Source of the DNA: Desulfocapsaceae bacterium
GTDB lineage: Bacteria > Desulfobacterota > Desulfobulbia > Desulfobulbales > Desulfocapsaceae
Assembly (NCBI GenBank): GCA_031292275.1
Contig: JARLHL010000057.1
Location: forward strand, 1 to 59,607
DNA: 59,607 nucleotides
Direction of reading: 5' to 3'
Position 1 is the stretch's first letter. Each line of letters opens with the position of its first letter. The notes under the pieces were generated by a model. It was not told the DNA's origin, did no database searches, and saw only the letters and a program-made list of their open reading frames with translations. Below, in pieces: positions 18,576 through 29,179 of this stretch. Made by a program: the position numbers and the translations under genes.

Positions 18576-18876
18576 AGTACGCCTTCCCTTCTTGAGAGGT
18601 ATTGATCGGACGTTTGTCTCCTCACCTCGAGGAAACAGCCTTTGTACTCAAGAAGACGGCAAGCATTGCAGTTTTGTCTACAGAGGATGTAAAAAAAGGG
18701 CAGAAATTCGATCGGACGGCCAAAGGCAGGGGATATCGGCAGATCGTAAGCCTGATTCAAGGACTGCGCCCATGCACCCGGACTCCAGATCACCTTGAAT
18801 ATTATGGAATCACCTCGTAAGGCCGCCTGCTTCCACCCCATTTCTCCAAGATGCCCCTCTCCCGCCCGGTCAAGAG

Positions 18877-19680
18877 CTAACAGATCACGTTCCAGAGCAT
18901 CTTGGTGGCAACCACATAGAGAAAGAGTGCGAAAATGCGTTTTAATTTGTCAACCGGCAGCGCGTGGGCCAGTTTGGCCCCGAGCGGTGCCGTAAGGACA
19001 CTGAAACAAACAATAAACAGCATAGCCGGCAGATAGACATACCCCAGGCTGTAGGGAGGCATACTGGCTGCCCCCGGGTTGTTGACTGCATATCCGACTG
19101 CGCCGGCGATGGCTATGGGAAAGCCGATAGCCGCTGAAGTGCCGATGGCCCGGTGGGCCGCCACATTGCACCACATCATGAAAGGAACGGAAAGGGAACC
19201 GCCGCCGATGCCTACCAGGGCCGAGGCCAGACCAATGGTTGACCCGACACCGAACATGCCGATATTGCCTGGTAATTCTCGAGACGCCTTCGCCTTTTTG
19301 TTGAGCAGCATCTGGGTGGCAACAGAATAGAGAAAGACGCAGAAAAAGGCCTTGAGGAAACCGGTGGAAAGCCGTGAGGCGACCATGGTACCCAAAAATG
19401 TACCGATCAGGATGCCGGGAATAAGACGTTTCACGATGGCCCAATCAACCGCGCCGCGCCGATGATGCGACATGAAACTGGAGATTGAGGTGAAAATGAT
19501 ACAGGCAAGGGAAGTCCCCAGGGCCATATGCATAATCAGACCCGAAGGTATCCCCTGTTTGGTAAAACAGAAGATCAGCATTGGTACAATGACCAGACCA
19601 CCTCCCACTCCCAACAGACCGGCGAGCAAGCCGGAAATTAAGCCAACAGCGAAATACATCATAGGAATTTCAAAAGACAT
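18877..19680 (-). CDS. TauE/SafE-family (DUF81) anion exporter
   Basis: Two internally repeated 4-TM halves with the family signatures GLLAGLLGVGGGLVIVPML and GIGGGSLSVPFMM. RBS GAGGG upstream of the ATG at 19680; the ORF track's longer start is at 19704. Confidence 0.85.
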   Translation of the reverse strand: MSFEIPMMYFAVGLISGLLAGLLGVGGGLVIVPMLIFCFTKQGIPSGLIMHMALGTSLACIIFTSISSFMSHHRRGAVDWAIVKRLIPGILIGTFLGTMVASRLSTGFLKAFFCVFLYSVATQMLLNKKAKASRELPGNIGMFGVGSTIGLASALVGIGGGSLSVPFMMWCNVAAHRAIGTSAAIGFPIAIAGAVGYAVNNPGAASMPPYSLGYVYLPAMLFIVCFSVLTAPLGAKLAHALPVDKLKRIFALFLYVVATKMLWNVIC

Positions 19681-20216
19681 CTTACCCTCTATTGTTCGAG
19701 ACACCGTCTTAAACGAGCGCTTGTGATCCTCAAAATGTCAAAAATTATTTTAGCATGTATTGCCCGTAAAGATTGGAAGGACATGCATTGCGACCGCTCC
19801 TGCCCGCTGGCCATTGGTTTTTCACTTACGGGAAAAACCGTTCTGTGAAATTCTATGCAATCTAAACAGTTAGATGACAATTACAGCAGAAATTGTCAAG
19901 ACATTTTTGCAGGCCAGCGGGGGGAATCCCGATCCTTCCGCTGCTCAGGCTCACCGCAGTCGCGAGGAGCAGAAGGGAGGTCAGTCTGAAAACATGCTAT
20001 CTCATATTTTTTCAAATATCAGGGGAAGCGACAGCCCTTCATCCAACAAGAGAAATAAATTTTGTTGGAGTCTTCCTCTCAACCGTGATATCTTTTCTTC
20101 CGGTTAATATGGTCCCTGCTGTTTCTTTTTTTCAGCAAAAAAGGCCGGGGAGGATCTTATGACGTTCAACTCTTTCAAAATATTACATGGAATATATCAG
20201 GGCTGGAGAACATATC

Positions 20217-20489
20217 ATGAACAAGTTATGCGTGCTTTGCGTTTGTGTTGCTATTGCGATGAGCGTAACCGGGTGCAGCAAGACCACGGTCAACCCCAAC
20301 TACACGTCGGCAAATCCTGATTTGATGCGAATAGGTGGTGAATCGCCGGAAACCAAAGAACCGGAGATCATTAATATGGGATCCTACTGTCTTCGTGTTG
20401 TCGATAAATGGAAACTCGACGGCAGGACGCCGGATGGTCAGACGATCTGGTCCAAGGATACGTTTCGCAATGTTATCCCCTGTCGGTAA
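20217..20489 (+). CDS. Small lipoprotein, unknown function
   Basis: MNKLCVLCVCVAIAMSVTGC shows a lipobox (VTGC); 90 aa; first gene of the AT-richer block. Confidence 0.45.
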   Translation: MNKLCVLCVCVAIAMSVTGCSKTTVNPNYTSANPDLMRIGGESPETKEPEIINMGSYCLRVVDKWKLDGRTPDGQTIWSKDTFRNVIPCR

Positions 20490-20916
20490 AACCGATTGCC
20501 GGGAAAGGATCTCCGGCATTGATCCATTGAGGAGATGTTTTGAGGCAATACGGTACTCTCTCATGACGGCATCGGTCTTCCTTCCCTCCCGCCACGTACG
20601 CAATTTACCTCGGAACCGCGATATTGGGATATAATCTGTCCTGGCGGTTGCCGAAGGCAAGTACTCCAGGAACCGAGCACGCAACACTGTTTTCACGATG
20701 ATCAATGTCAGAAAATAATACAGCCCGTATCGGGATCAATTACATGAATGTTCCCCGGGAATTGGGGGAGCGCCGGACCAAAGAGACGCCTTTCCCTATT
20801 TCGTTGCGGCAGATCGGTTTGGTTGCACCATGCTGGTTTATGGAAAGTTTCATGCATTCACACCTGTATCAGCAGTAACGAACCTGTTATTTATGCCATC
20901 ATAAAAGGAGATGACT

Positions 20917-21621
20917 ATGACCAGATATTTCTTCAGACCTTTACTGTATGCGACAACCGTTATTTTCTGTTTTGCGACGCATTCCGTGGCGGAAGATCAG
21001 CGACGGATCGTACTCAATGAAAAGCAATTCAAGGAATCGTTCCTTGACACGGTCAGTGTCTCAGGCGGTATTCGTGCCGGCTTCATGTACCAGAGCCCCC
21101 TGGAGCATGTCGACATCAATGAACTCTATGTCAATTTGCAGCATGATATAGAGGATCAGGATGCTGTTCTCTGTGTAAACATGGTAAGCCGTGACGGCCG
21201 ATATTCAGCCTCGTGGGACTATGCTCTGGGGAAACAAGCTGCCGGCTCCATCGCCGTCACCCTGCCGTCAAAATATCAGACACAGGTGTCGAGCTATTCG
21301 CCCGATGCATTAGTTGTCCTTGCCGCCATAGCGAAAAAAGAATGCGGCTCCGGCGAAATGAAATATGTCCCGACCAGCTGGGGCGCAGCTACCAAATCCG
21401 ACTATATACTGTATGTAAATTCAGGGAATACGGATACGATTATCGGTATTCCGGGCCAGACGGAAAGGATTCAGTGCGCCAGGATTACCGCTGACAGCAC
21501 GATTGCCTATGATACGCGCTGCATAATTGCAAAAGATATTCTTGATGAGCCTAAAAGTATATTCCTGGTGAGAAAAAATTTCGGCAACAGGCTGCCAAAC
21601 GTCGAGTTTCCTGTGAGATAA
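20917..21621 (+). CDS. Secreted hypothetical protein
   Basis: AAGGAG 6 nt upstream of ATG 20917; signal peptide MTRYFFRPLLYATTVIFCFATHSVA. No recognised domain. Confidence 0.5.
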   Translation: MTRYFFRPLLYATTVIFCFATHSVAEDQRRIVLNEKQFKESFLDTVSVSGGIRAGFMYQSPLEHVDINELYVNLQHDIEDQDAVLCVNMVSRDGRYSASWDYALGKQAAGSIAVTLPSKYQTQVSSYSPDALVVLAAIAKKECGSGEMKYVPTSWGAATKSDYILYVNSGNTDTIIGIPGQTERIQCARITADSTIAYDTRCIIAKDILDEPKSIFLVRKNFGNRLPNVEFPVR

Positions 21622-21624
21622 CTG

Positions 21625-22662
21625 GTGAAAATCACGAGGACATTAAAAAGATTTTTAGCGGTAATAGGAAATGTCTTTCTTGCTGCAGCGGTATCCGAAC
21701 CTGAAAAGGATCACTTTCGGAACTTATCGAACAGGCACCCTCGTTATTTGCATTTCATAGCATTATTATTCTGTATTTACGTATTATTTTTGATGTTTTT
21801 GCTAACCAGAGCCGTCATAAGCTCCCTGACCACCGGCTCATTCATTATTTCCGCGAGAACGGAACGAATTGAATATCAACCCGACAGCATTGATCCCCCA
21901 AGAATAGCATTCCATAATGCAACATTTCATTGGGATGAGATCAGTGATGAGAAGTTTGACCCATCAGTTTCGACCTCAACGAGATCAAAATCATTGCCTC
22001 CGGAAAGCAGCGGTTCCCTGCAGATTCAAGGTAAATCAAAGATTGTTTTTTCAAGGGTGGGTACAGGGCCGCTGCACATTCAAATTCAAAGCAAAAACCC
22101 TACCATTGTCTACGATGAAAATGATCAAAGGCAATTTTCTCTGCCCGGTGTTGTTGATTTGGTGCTGAACGATCCGAATCAATTAATAAATCAAGGCATA
22201 TCATGGAAATACAACATCGACGGACCGTTAATAATAGGTCGGGTCCCGACCTTTGGCCTGCAGTTGCAGAACGGACTCCTGCTTGAAGGTGAAATCCAGA
22301 TGGTTGCCAAACAGTTATTGTCCGGCAACCATTACAAAGTGGAACCGTATAAGCTGCAGTTGGGTGACGAAATACAATTCGTGCCCGCCGAGCCAAAGAC
22401 AAGCGGTCTGGTGACATTCGACGCTGATCGAGGAATGCTGATCGTCGCCATTGTCGAGGCTCGATCCGCGACAATAAAAAAATTTAGAGAAACGAATTTT
22501 AAAATTCAAAATAATTTGTGGTCCAAACTCGGCAAGGATCAGGAACTGGTGATAACCTGGGCGATAATGCTTCTTGTACCGGGTATCCTGGTGTTTCTTA
22601 CCCGTTTATTGTATTTCCACCTGCAACTGAAATCCCATGAAGACTCTCAGCAGTCCCCATGA
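21625..22662 (+). CDS. Membrane protein, unknown function (N-terminal TM pair and a C-terminal TM anchor)
   Basis: GTG start 3 nt after the preceding stop (operon-like). Hydrophobic segments FLAVIGNVFLAAAV, FIALLFCIYVLFLMFLL, ITWAIMLLVPGILVFLTRLLYF. Confidence 0.45.
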   Translation: MKITRTLKRFLAVIGNVFLAAAVSEPEKDHFRNLSNRHPRYLHFIALLFCIYVLFLMFLLTRAVISSLTTGSFIISARTERIEYQPDSIDPPRIAFHNATFHWDEISDEKFDPSVSTSTRSKSLPPESSGSLQIQGKSKIVFSRVGTGPLHIQIQSKNPTIVYDENDQRQFSLPGVVDLVLNDPNQLINQGISWKYNIDGPLIIGRVPTFGLQLQNGLLLEGEIQMVAKQLLSGNHYKVEPYKLQLGDEIQFVPAEPKTSGLVTFDADRGMLIVAIVEARSATIKKFRETNFKIQNNLWSKLGKDQELVITWAIMLLVPGILVFLTRLLYFHLQLKSHEDSQQSP

Positions 22663-22722
22663 GCAATAAGCAGCTGGAATGCATATGATTTTCTGCAAGA
22701 TATTTCCAATATCGCCTCCATT

Positions 22723-24420
22723 TTGAATAAAAAGAGATACTTCATGCATCGCTATTTTCACATCAGCACTGTCTTCTTTTTCCTCAGCATCTGCTTTGCG
22801 CAAGCCTCTTTTTCATCAGATGCATATATCAAAGTCGATGATAACGAACTCGGCCAGGGCATACTGCGTCAACGGGGCATTGAATGTCTACTCATAACTC
22901 CTGCCCATGTTGTTGAAAACGCTTTAAAAGTCGACGTGACCGTGGCCGACAAGACAAAATATCCGGCAGAAATTATGGAATTATTTCCGGGTGATATCAG
23001 CGTGCTGCGGATCAAGGGCGATGAGTCGTCTCCGTGCAGCCATGCAAGCTGGTCTAACACGAGCAATTTAAACGCCCTGCTGGAAAAGGAAAATCAGGGC
23101 GAACTGCGAACCATGCTCGCTGACGGAAGTATCCGCATAACTCCCGTTGATATTGTCGGCTATGATAAATACCGAAACATTAATGTCCGCCCGACCCATC
23201 AATCGGATGCAATTTTGAAAGGTGAGAGCGGGAGCCTCCTGTATATTGCCGGTCAGCTTTCCGGGATGCTTCTTTCCGTGAAAGACGGCATTGGCAATGT
23301 TATTCGTCAGGACGTGCTGGCCAATACCCTTGCCTTGTTTTTTGAAGATTCTCATCAGGCGGATAGACAGGGCGCGCATCAGCCGAATAGCAAAACCACC
23401 GCAAATCCTCCGGCTCAAGAAACAGCCCTGACCGGTCAACCAGGAATTTCCGGTATCATTGCCGAAGGCGCAGGAGTCGAATATCCCGTCACCTTGCAGG
23501 AGAACAGTCCCGTCCGCCTGAGGTTTTCGGCCACAGGGGATACCGAGAGATACAGTGTCGAAATATGGGATTCAAAGCATAAGGCAGTCTATCGAAATCC
23601 GGGCAAAAATTATTCAGGGACAGAATCCGTCAGTATCCCCTTTACACCGCCTCGAAATGATACCTACACGCTGCACATTACGGGTACTCAAGGCGAAGGG
23701 AAGTACGCAGTCGAGATTCAAACGATAGCCTTGGATTCTCAATTGCGCAGTCCGAAAAATATTATCCGGATTGGAGAAAATGCAACTGAGGGTATACTTG
23801 CCCAGGGCGCCGTTGCCGAGTACCAGGTCAGGCTGGAGGAAAACAGCCCCGTCCGTCTGGAATTCCCGGCCACAGGAGATACGGGGAAATACAATGTCGA
23901 AATATGGGACTCGAAGAAACAAGCAGTCTATCGGGATCCGGGTAAAAATTATTCCGGGACAGACTCCGTCAATATTCCCTTTACGCCACATCAAGATGAT
24001 ACCTATACACTGCGTATTATCGGGACTGAAGGAGAAGTGAAGTATACCGTCAGGATAGCATCGATTGCCCTGAACGCTCAATTGCGAGGCGATGCAAATA
24101 TTATCCAGATTGGAGGCAATTCCGTTGAAGGCGTACTTGCTCAGGGCGCTGTCGCAGAGTACCGGCTTGAGCTGGCGGCATACACCCCGGTCCGTCTGAA
24201 CTTTTCCGCAACAGGGGACAACGGGAAATACAATGTTGAAGTATTTGATTCAAATGGGAATATTGTATACCGGGATCCCTACAAACGGTATAGCGGCACC
24301 GAGGCGGCCATGCTCCCGCTCACTGTATCCAAAAACGATACCTATTTAATACGCCTCAAAGGAATTGAAGGGGAATGCAAATTTTCGCTGAATATTATGC
24401 GGGCGCCGGGGAAATCGTAG
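22723..24420 (+). CDS. Secreted trypsin-like serine peptidase with three C-terminal PPC (pre-peptidase C-terminal) domains
   Basis: Signal peptide. A chymotrypsin-fold catalytic His context LLITPAHVV and Ser context KGESGSLLY. Three repeats of about 113 aa (ENSPVRL.F.ATGD..KYNVEIWDS...YR.P...YSGT.S..IPFT....DTYTL.I.G..GE.KY.V.I) match the PPC-domain pattern. Confidence 0.75.
   Translation: MNKKRYFMHRYFHISTVFFFLSICFAQASFSSDAYIKVDDNELGQGILRQRGIECLLITPAHVVENALKVDVTVADKTKYPAEIMELFPGDISVLRIKGDESSPCSHASWSNTSNLNALLEKENQGELRTMLADGSIRITPVDIVGYDKYRNINVRPTHQSDAILKGESGSLLYIAGQLSGMLLSVKDGIGNVIRQDVLANTLALFFEDSHQADRQGAHQPNSKTTANPPAQETALTGQPGISGIIAEGAGVEYPVTLQENSPVRLRFSATGDTERYSVEIWDSKHKAVYRNPGKNYSGTESVSIPFTPPRNDTYTLHITGTQGEGKYAVEIQTIALDSQLRSPKNIIRIGENATEGILAQGAVAEYQVRLEENSPVRLEFPATGDTGKYNVEIWDSKKQAVYRDPGKNYSGTDSVNIPFTPHQDDTYTLRIIGTEGEVKYTVRIASIALNAQLRGDANIIQIGGNSVEGVLAQGAVAEYRLELAAYTPVRLNFSATGDNGKYNVEVFDSNGNIVYRDPYKRYSGTEAAMLPLTVSKNDTYLIRLKGIEGECKFSLNIMRAPGKS
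23455..24405 (+). repeat. Three tandem repeats of about 339 bp each (the in-frame PPC-domain repeats inside the protease gene)
   Basis: The repeat units begin near 23455, 23794 and 24133, which is a 339-bp period. Protein-level identity between units is high. Confidence 0.7.
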
Positions 24421-24502
24421 CCCCCTGACGCCCTTCAGGCTTTGGAGCTGGGGACCCGGTAAAAAGCACCCTCTCCACCCGGCTCCTGTGCTGGCAGGGA
24501 TA

Positions 24503-25606
24503 TCAGTGAGGTAATTCCCTTTCGACGGGGCAGTGCAGGGACTCTTCCATAAAGAGCGTTGCAAAACATTTGTTACAGGAAATGCATGCGGCCTTTCTGC
24601 GGTCGCCATCCGCCCATCTCGCAATAAGATGTGGCTCTCTGATCAGAGGGCGCGAAAGGGCCACATAATCAGCAACCCGTGAAGTTATAACGTCCTCCGC
24701 GATATCCAATGACAGAAAGCCTCCTACAAGAATAAGAGGAATTTTTATTTCCTTCTTAAACGCCTTGGCGGCCGTTCTGTAATAGACTTCTTTTTTTTCC
24801 GATTTTGCAGTACCGATCCTGGAGGGAATGCGTCTACCGGATTCAAAAGTTCCTCCGCTGATCTCGATTGCGTCCATTCCACGATCTTCCAGCATGAGGG
24901 CGACACTGAGCATCTCGTCAACGGTCATGCCGCCGTCAAGGAAATCCTCAGAGTTCATTTTGACCATCACGGGAAAAGCCTTTCCAACCCTGTTTCTTAT
25001 TTCTTCGTATACTTCGAGAAGGAACTTCGCCCGATTCTCAAGGCCTTCACCGTAGCCATCCGTTCTCTTGTTGTAATAGGGAGATAAAAACTGACTCAGC
25101 AAATATCCGTGAGCCGAATGAATCTGCACAGCATCAAATCCGGCCTTGACAGATCGTGCCGCCGCGTCTCCAAAAGCCTGTACGGTTCTTTTAATGTCAT
25201 CGACTGTCATTGCGGACGCTCTTTTACTGCCGTCGATAAAAAGGTCTGACGGTCCAAGAGCGGGATGTTCATCTTTTCCCTTGCCTCTATTTCCAGCATG
25301 GGCAAGCTGAATGGCAACCCTTCCGCCGTTTTCATGGACAGCAGAAGAAACTTTTTTCAATCCGTCGAGCATGGCGTCAGCATAAGCGCCCATCTGTCTG
25401 GCTCCGGCCTGCCCTTCCATATTCACATGGGCATGGCCGGTAATCACCAGTCCGACATCGCCACGAGCAAGTTTAGCCATACAGTCCAACAGCTGGTCTT
25501 TTACCGTTCCATCAAGTTCCGCCATTGCCTCATGGGTTGCGGATCTTACAAAACGATTCTTGAGCTTCATCCCGTTTATCTCTGTAGTATCAAATACTGT
25601 TGGCAT
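24503..25606 (-). CDS. NADH:flavin oxidoreductase, Old Yellow Enzyme family
   Basis: OYE TIM-barrel motifs: HAAHGYLLSQFLSP, GFDAVQIHSAHGYL, GRRIPSR. C-terminal Cys cluster CISCNKC...HC. Confidence 0.9.
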   Translation of the reverse strand: MPTVFDTTEINGMKLKNRFVRSATHEAMAELDGTVKDQLLDCMAKLARGDVGLVITGHAHVNMEGQAGARQMGAYADAMLDGLKKVSSAVHENGGRVAIQLAHAGNRGKGKDEHPALGPSDLFIDGSKRASAMTVDDIKRTVQAFGDAAARSVKAGFDAVQIHSAHGYLLSQFLSPYYNKRTDGYGEGLENRAKFLLEVYEEIRNRVGKAFPVMVKMNSEDFLDGGMTVDEMLSVALMLEDRGMDAIEISGGTFESGRRIPSRIGTAKSEKKEVYYRTAAKAFKKEIKIPLILVGGFLSLDIAEDVITSRVADYVALSRPLIREPHLIARWADGDRRKAACISCNKCFATLFMEESLHCPVERELPH

Positions 25607-26027
25607 TTCCCCCCCTTCAGGGACTGAATTTGTTATGATCGCAAAGCCCCGCCGCAGATATCAGCGGAGTCCCGAACTTGAGCCCGCCCGCACCGGATGG
25701 ATCTCGTACTTCCAGCAATCCCGCTTAATGTTTTAATCCCGCTGACCGCTTCCCTCGCCACCTTTCCCTACACTGCGCAGTGTAGTTTCAATTTTGCATT
25801 TTCAGAACTCCCACTCTACCATATTGAGGAACGGCGCACACCTCCAGAGCATAAATGCCAGCCAATGGCGGAATGGCAAACGACAGATCAGAGCGAGACT
25901 TTCTACTATATATTCAAAGCAGATTTTGTATCTTTCCCTTGAAATCGCCGGAGAAACTCCATCCTGACGACAGGTTCACCGGCGTGCTTCAGCTTATCCG
26001 ATGGAACAGCTTGTGAAAGCTGCGACC

Positions 26028-26612
26028 CTAAATCTTTCTGAAGTTCTGCGTGTAATTTCTTCTATTTCCAAAAAATTGATCAACTTCATAACCTTGGCTG
26101 CAGACAAGATTTTTAAGCTCTTCAACACTTAATTTATCTGGGTCTCCAGCCAATTCCGAAACAGATAAAATACCATTATTTTTAAGTATCCGATGGATTT
26201 CTCTTAAATATTCAATTTTGTTTTCAACTTCTCCAAGAACAGTTACCATCAAAACTCTCTCAAAATATTCGTTTTCGAAATCGAGAGTTTTGCCATCACA
26301 TAATATATATTCTACGTTTCTGATCTTTTGCTTTTCGAGTCGTTTTTTGGCAATATCAAGCATATCCTGCTGAATATCCAGCAAGTAGAGCGTACCTTTT
26401 TGCAGTATTTTAGCAAGGGGCGGGCTGAAATATCCTGGCCCAGGGCCAATTTCTAATACATTAAAGTGCTCCATTAAATTCAATCTTTGGATTAACTGTT
26501 TAGGAGAAAGAAAAATATTTCTTATAGGTATTAGTAATGTAAATGCATATTTTGCAGGGAATATACCTTTTCCAGCAAAGCTTTTTCTGCTTGTTGTGTC
26601 GTATTTATCCAT
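26028..26612 (-). CDS. Class I SAM-dependent methyltransferase
   Basis: Motif I VLEIGPGPGYFS, followed by LLDIQQDMLDIAKKRL and ILCDGKTLDF. AT-rich codon usage suggests an acquired gene. Confidence 0.8.
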   Translation of the reverse strand: MDKYDTTSRKSFAGKGIFPAKYAFTLLIPIRNIFLSPKQLIQRLNLMEHFNVLEIGPGPGYFSPPLAKILQKGTLYLLDIQQDMLDIAKKRLEKQKIRNVEYILCDGKTLDFENEYFERVLMVTVLGEVENKIEYLREIHRILKNNGILSVSELAGDPDKLSVEELKNLVCSQGYEVDQFFGNRRNYTQNFRKI

Positions 26613-26925
26613 TTTGATTCATAGAGGGTCTAAGATCACCGGCCCGCGGGGCTTTTCGCACAGGTCCGATTGATTTATGGGTTATGCGGGGTTCCATTAG
26701 CAACCTGTGGTCTGCCCGAACGCTCGGTCACTTGCAGTTCCCGATTGGTTTTCTTGATATCAAATACCTGTGAATTACGATTTTATCCTTTATACAATAC
26801 TCGATCACTGCATCGTATCGAAAGGCTTGAATCCGTTTATCAAATTTTGTACAATCCCAGAACGACCTTTGTTGTGCAACAAAGCGACATAAAACAAGGC
26901 ATACAAACACCGGAGAGGGAGTTGC

Positions 26926-27411
26926 ATGAGGATCATGAGACGCGCATTCATTATCAGTGTTATTTTAATTGTATTCACCCCCTTGTTATCATTTGCCGAT
27001 TCTCAAGCGACGCCCCCTCTCTTCAAAGGCCAGAAGGTCTATGTTCCTGCATATTCCCATATCTACGCGGGCAATCGCGAAATGCAGATCCTGTTGACGG
27101 TAACACTGAGTATCAGAAACACCGATCCCAAATATCCAATGACTATTACAGCCGTTGACTATTATGGCACAAAAGGAGAACCGCTCAGCAAATTACTCAA
27201 CAAACCTATTATTCTAGGACCGTTAGAGTCTACCCATTATATTATTCCCCGTGATGACAAATCAGGTGGATCCGGAGCAAACTTTCTGGTTGAGTGGTCT
27301 TCCGAAAAACCGATCAACCAGCCAATTGTCGAATCAGTAATGATCGGTGCAGAAGGGCAACAGGGTATTTCCTTCACATCCCGCGGACAGGCAATAACAA
27401 TCTCTGATTAA
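26926..27411 (+). CDS. Secreted hypothetical protein (possibly a DUF3124-like family)
   Basis: RBS GGAGAGGGAG; signal peptide MRIMRRAFIISVILIVFTPLLSFA; 161 aa. Confidence 0.5.
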   Translation: MRIMRRAFIISVILIVFTPLLSFADSQATPPLFKGQKVYVPAYSHIYAGNREMQILLTVTLSIRNTDPKYPMTITAVDYYGTKGEPLSKLLNKPIILGPLESTHYIIPRDDKSGGSGANFLVEWSSEKPINQPIVESVMIGAEGQQGISFTSRGQAITISD

Positions 27412-27439
27412 AGCATAAATTGTACCTTTTTTATGGAGG

Positions 27440-28290
27440 TCTCCTCAAGGTAAAAAGGATCCACGAATGCCGAAATATCCAGAACCTAGCCTTTTCTGAA
27501 TCCCCTGCCTGTTGTAAAAAATCTCAATATATTCTGTGATGCCTCGATACAAAGAACTTTCACGGGATATTGGAGCCGAAGTTTCTCGATTAAGGCCTAT
27601 TTCATATCGACTCCTTCGCAAAATATGCCGCTGTTTTTTTTAATATATCCCGCTCCGTCTTTACCTGGGCCGGTTCCCTTTTTAATCGGGCCAATTCCAA
27701 CTCAGTACCGCTGAACTCCCGTCGGTTCTTTCCGATATTTCCCGGTCTGCAGGCCTTGTTCCTCCACGTGAAATCCGGGAAATACGGAACGGCATTAAGG
27801 CTTATGACCGTTTTGAACAATGAAATCCGGATTCCAGGGGTGATTTATTTGAAGCACACCAGGTCCTGATGTACGGACGGCTCGATACAACGGGCCATTT
27901 TCGTACTGGCGGCGTTGGCATTCTGGCCGGAAAAACTATTATTCATTTGGCACCACCGGCGGCTCGTGTGCCATATCTGATGGAGGATCTTTTCAAATGA
28001 TCAAGGGGCCGCACACTGACCTCGTCAAGCGGCAAGTCATCCTGCGGGCGTCTGAGGGATGCAGAGAGTCGGCTGACGGCATTTTCCAGCGCACCCGAAT
28101 CAACTTTATCCGGGTGATCGCGCCGAGGCCACTGCATCACTGTCCTGCAGTTGGCAATCTTCCCTGTCGTAAATCGTCTGGCGATGATCGCCGAAAAGGC
28201 CGGATCATCGGCACGGCGCTACTGCTCCCGCCTGAGCAATACATTTCCGGAGACCGGCCCCTGCATGGTCTCAACTCCTGATCGGTTTCG
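27440..28290 (-). mobile_element. Degenerate IS3-family insertion sequence remnant: orfA C-terminal piece and orfB pieces, frameshifted or deleted
   Basis: Minus-strand translations give RLKREPAQVKTERDILKKTAAYFAKE (IS3 OrfA C-terminus), ...ITEYIEIFYNRQGIQKRLGSGYF (OrfB C-terminus) and ...SSIRYGTRAAGGAK / MARCIEPSVHQDLVCFK (OrfB N-terminal region). All are in different frames. Confidence 0.6.
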
Positions 28291-28441
28291 CTCACCGGAC
28301 AGTACATGCTTCTCTCAGGGAAAAACCTTGACTTATCAGGAAAAAACAGAGAAATAACAGCATAAGATAACAATTTAACTTAAAAAGAAAATTAGGATTT
28401 TTTACGTATACCTCCAAACCAGAGGGCATAAAGGTAAAGAT

Positions 28442-28984
28442 ATGATAAAACATTCAATAACACCAAATCCTTCTACCAACTCCGAAACTCCACAGAATTA
28501 CAACCGATTTCACCTTCCACACCTTCATCTCAACTCTGTTTTCGGGGATGATTGGTTCTCACTTAAGGCTGAGGCTTTCGCTCGATTTTTTGGGACACCT
28601 CTTTTTCTTGTTGGTCAAACAGTAATAGTTGCAATCTGGATTGGGCTTAACGCCCTTGGATTTACCAAGTTCGACGTCTACCCTTTTATCCTCCTTAATC
28701 TGGCTTTTAGTCTTCAGGCGGCTTACGCGGCTCCTCTAATCTTACTTGCACAAACACGCCAGGCGGACCGTGACAAGGCCCACGCAGATGCCGACGCACA
28801 GCACAGGGAAGCTTTAGCTATTGCCAGTACACAACGACAAGTATTTGCTGAACAACAGACTGGTCAGGTAATGGAACTCGTCCAACAGAATACGCAGCTT
28901 ACCGAGCTAGTGAAAGAGCTCGCTCAACGGATTGAGGCATTGACCCTTGAGGTGCATGGAAAAATCACTCAAGGCAATACATGA
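28442..28984 (+). CDS. DUF1003-family membrane protein
   Basis: Core FGTPLFLVGQTVIVAIWIGLNALG...FDVYPFILLNLAFSLQAAYAAPLILLAQTRQADRDKAHAD matches the DUF1003 signature (YPFILLNL..S..AA..AP.I....NRQ..RD); a coiled-coil tail follows. Confidence 0.7.
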   Translation: MIKHSITPNPSTNSETPQNYNRFHLPHLHLNSVFGDDWFSLKAEAFARFFGTPLFLVGQTVIVAIWIGLNALGFTKFDVYPFILLNLAFSLQAAYAAPLILLAQTRQADRDKAHADADAQHREALAIASTQRQVFAEQQTGQVMELVQQNTQLTELVKELAQRIEALTLEVHGKITQGNT

Positions 28985-29179
28985 TCCCAATCATCCATTA
29001 TTGCTGAGCTCTAACCTTTGATTATGGGGTAAAGTATTCGGTATTTATTGAAAAAATTGAGCAACTTTTTTACTCCATGAAACCACCTCTACCTGGAGTA
29101 ACAGGTAGACCGGCATGTGATCTATAAGCATCATCATACAGTCGCCAGGGACGTTTATCTTCCTGTCTTTGGCGAGAAG

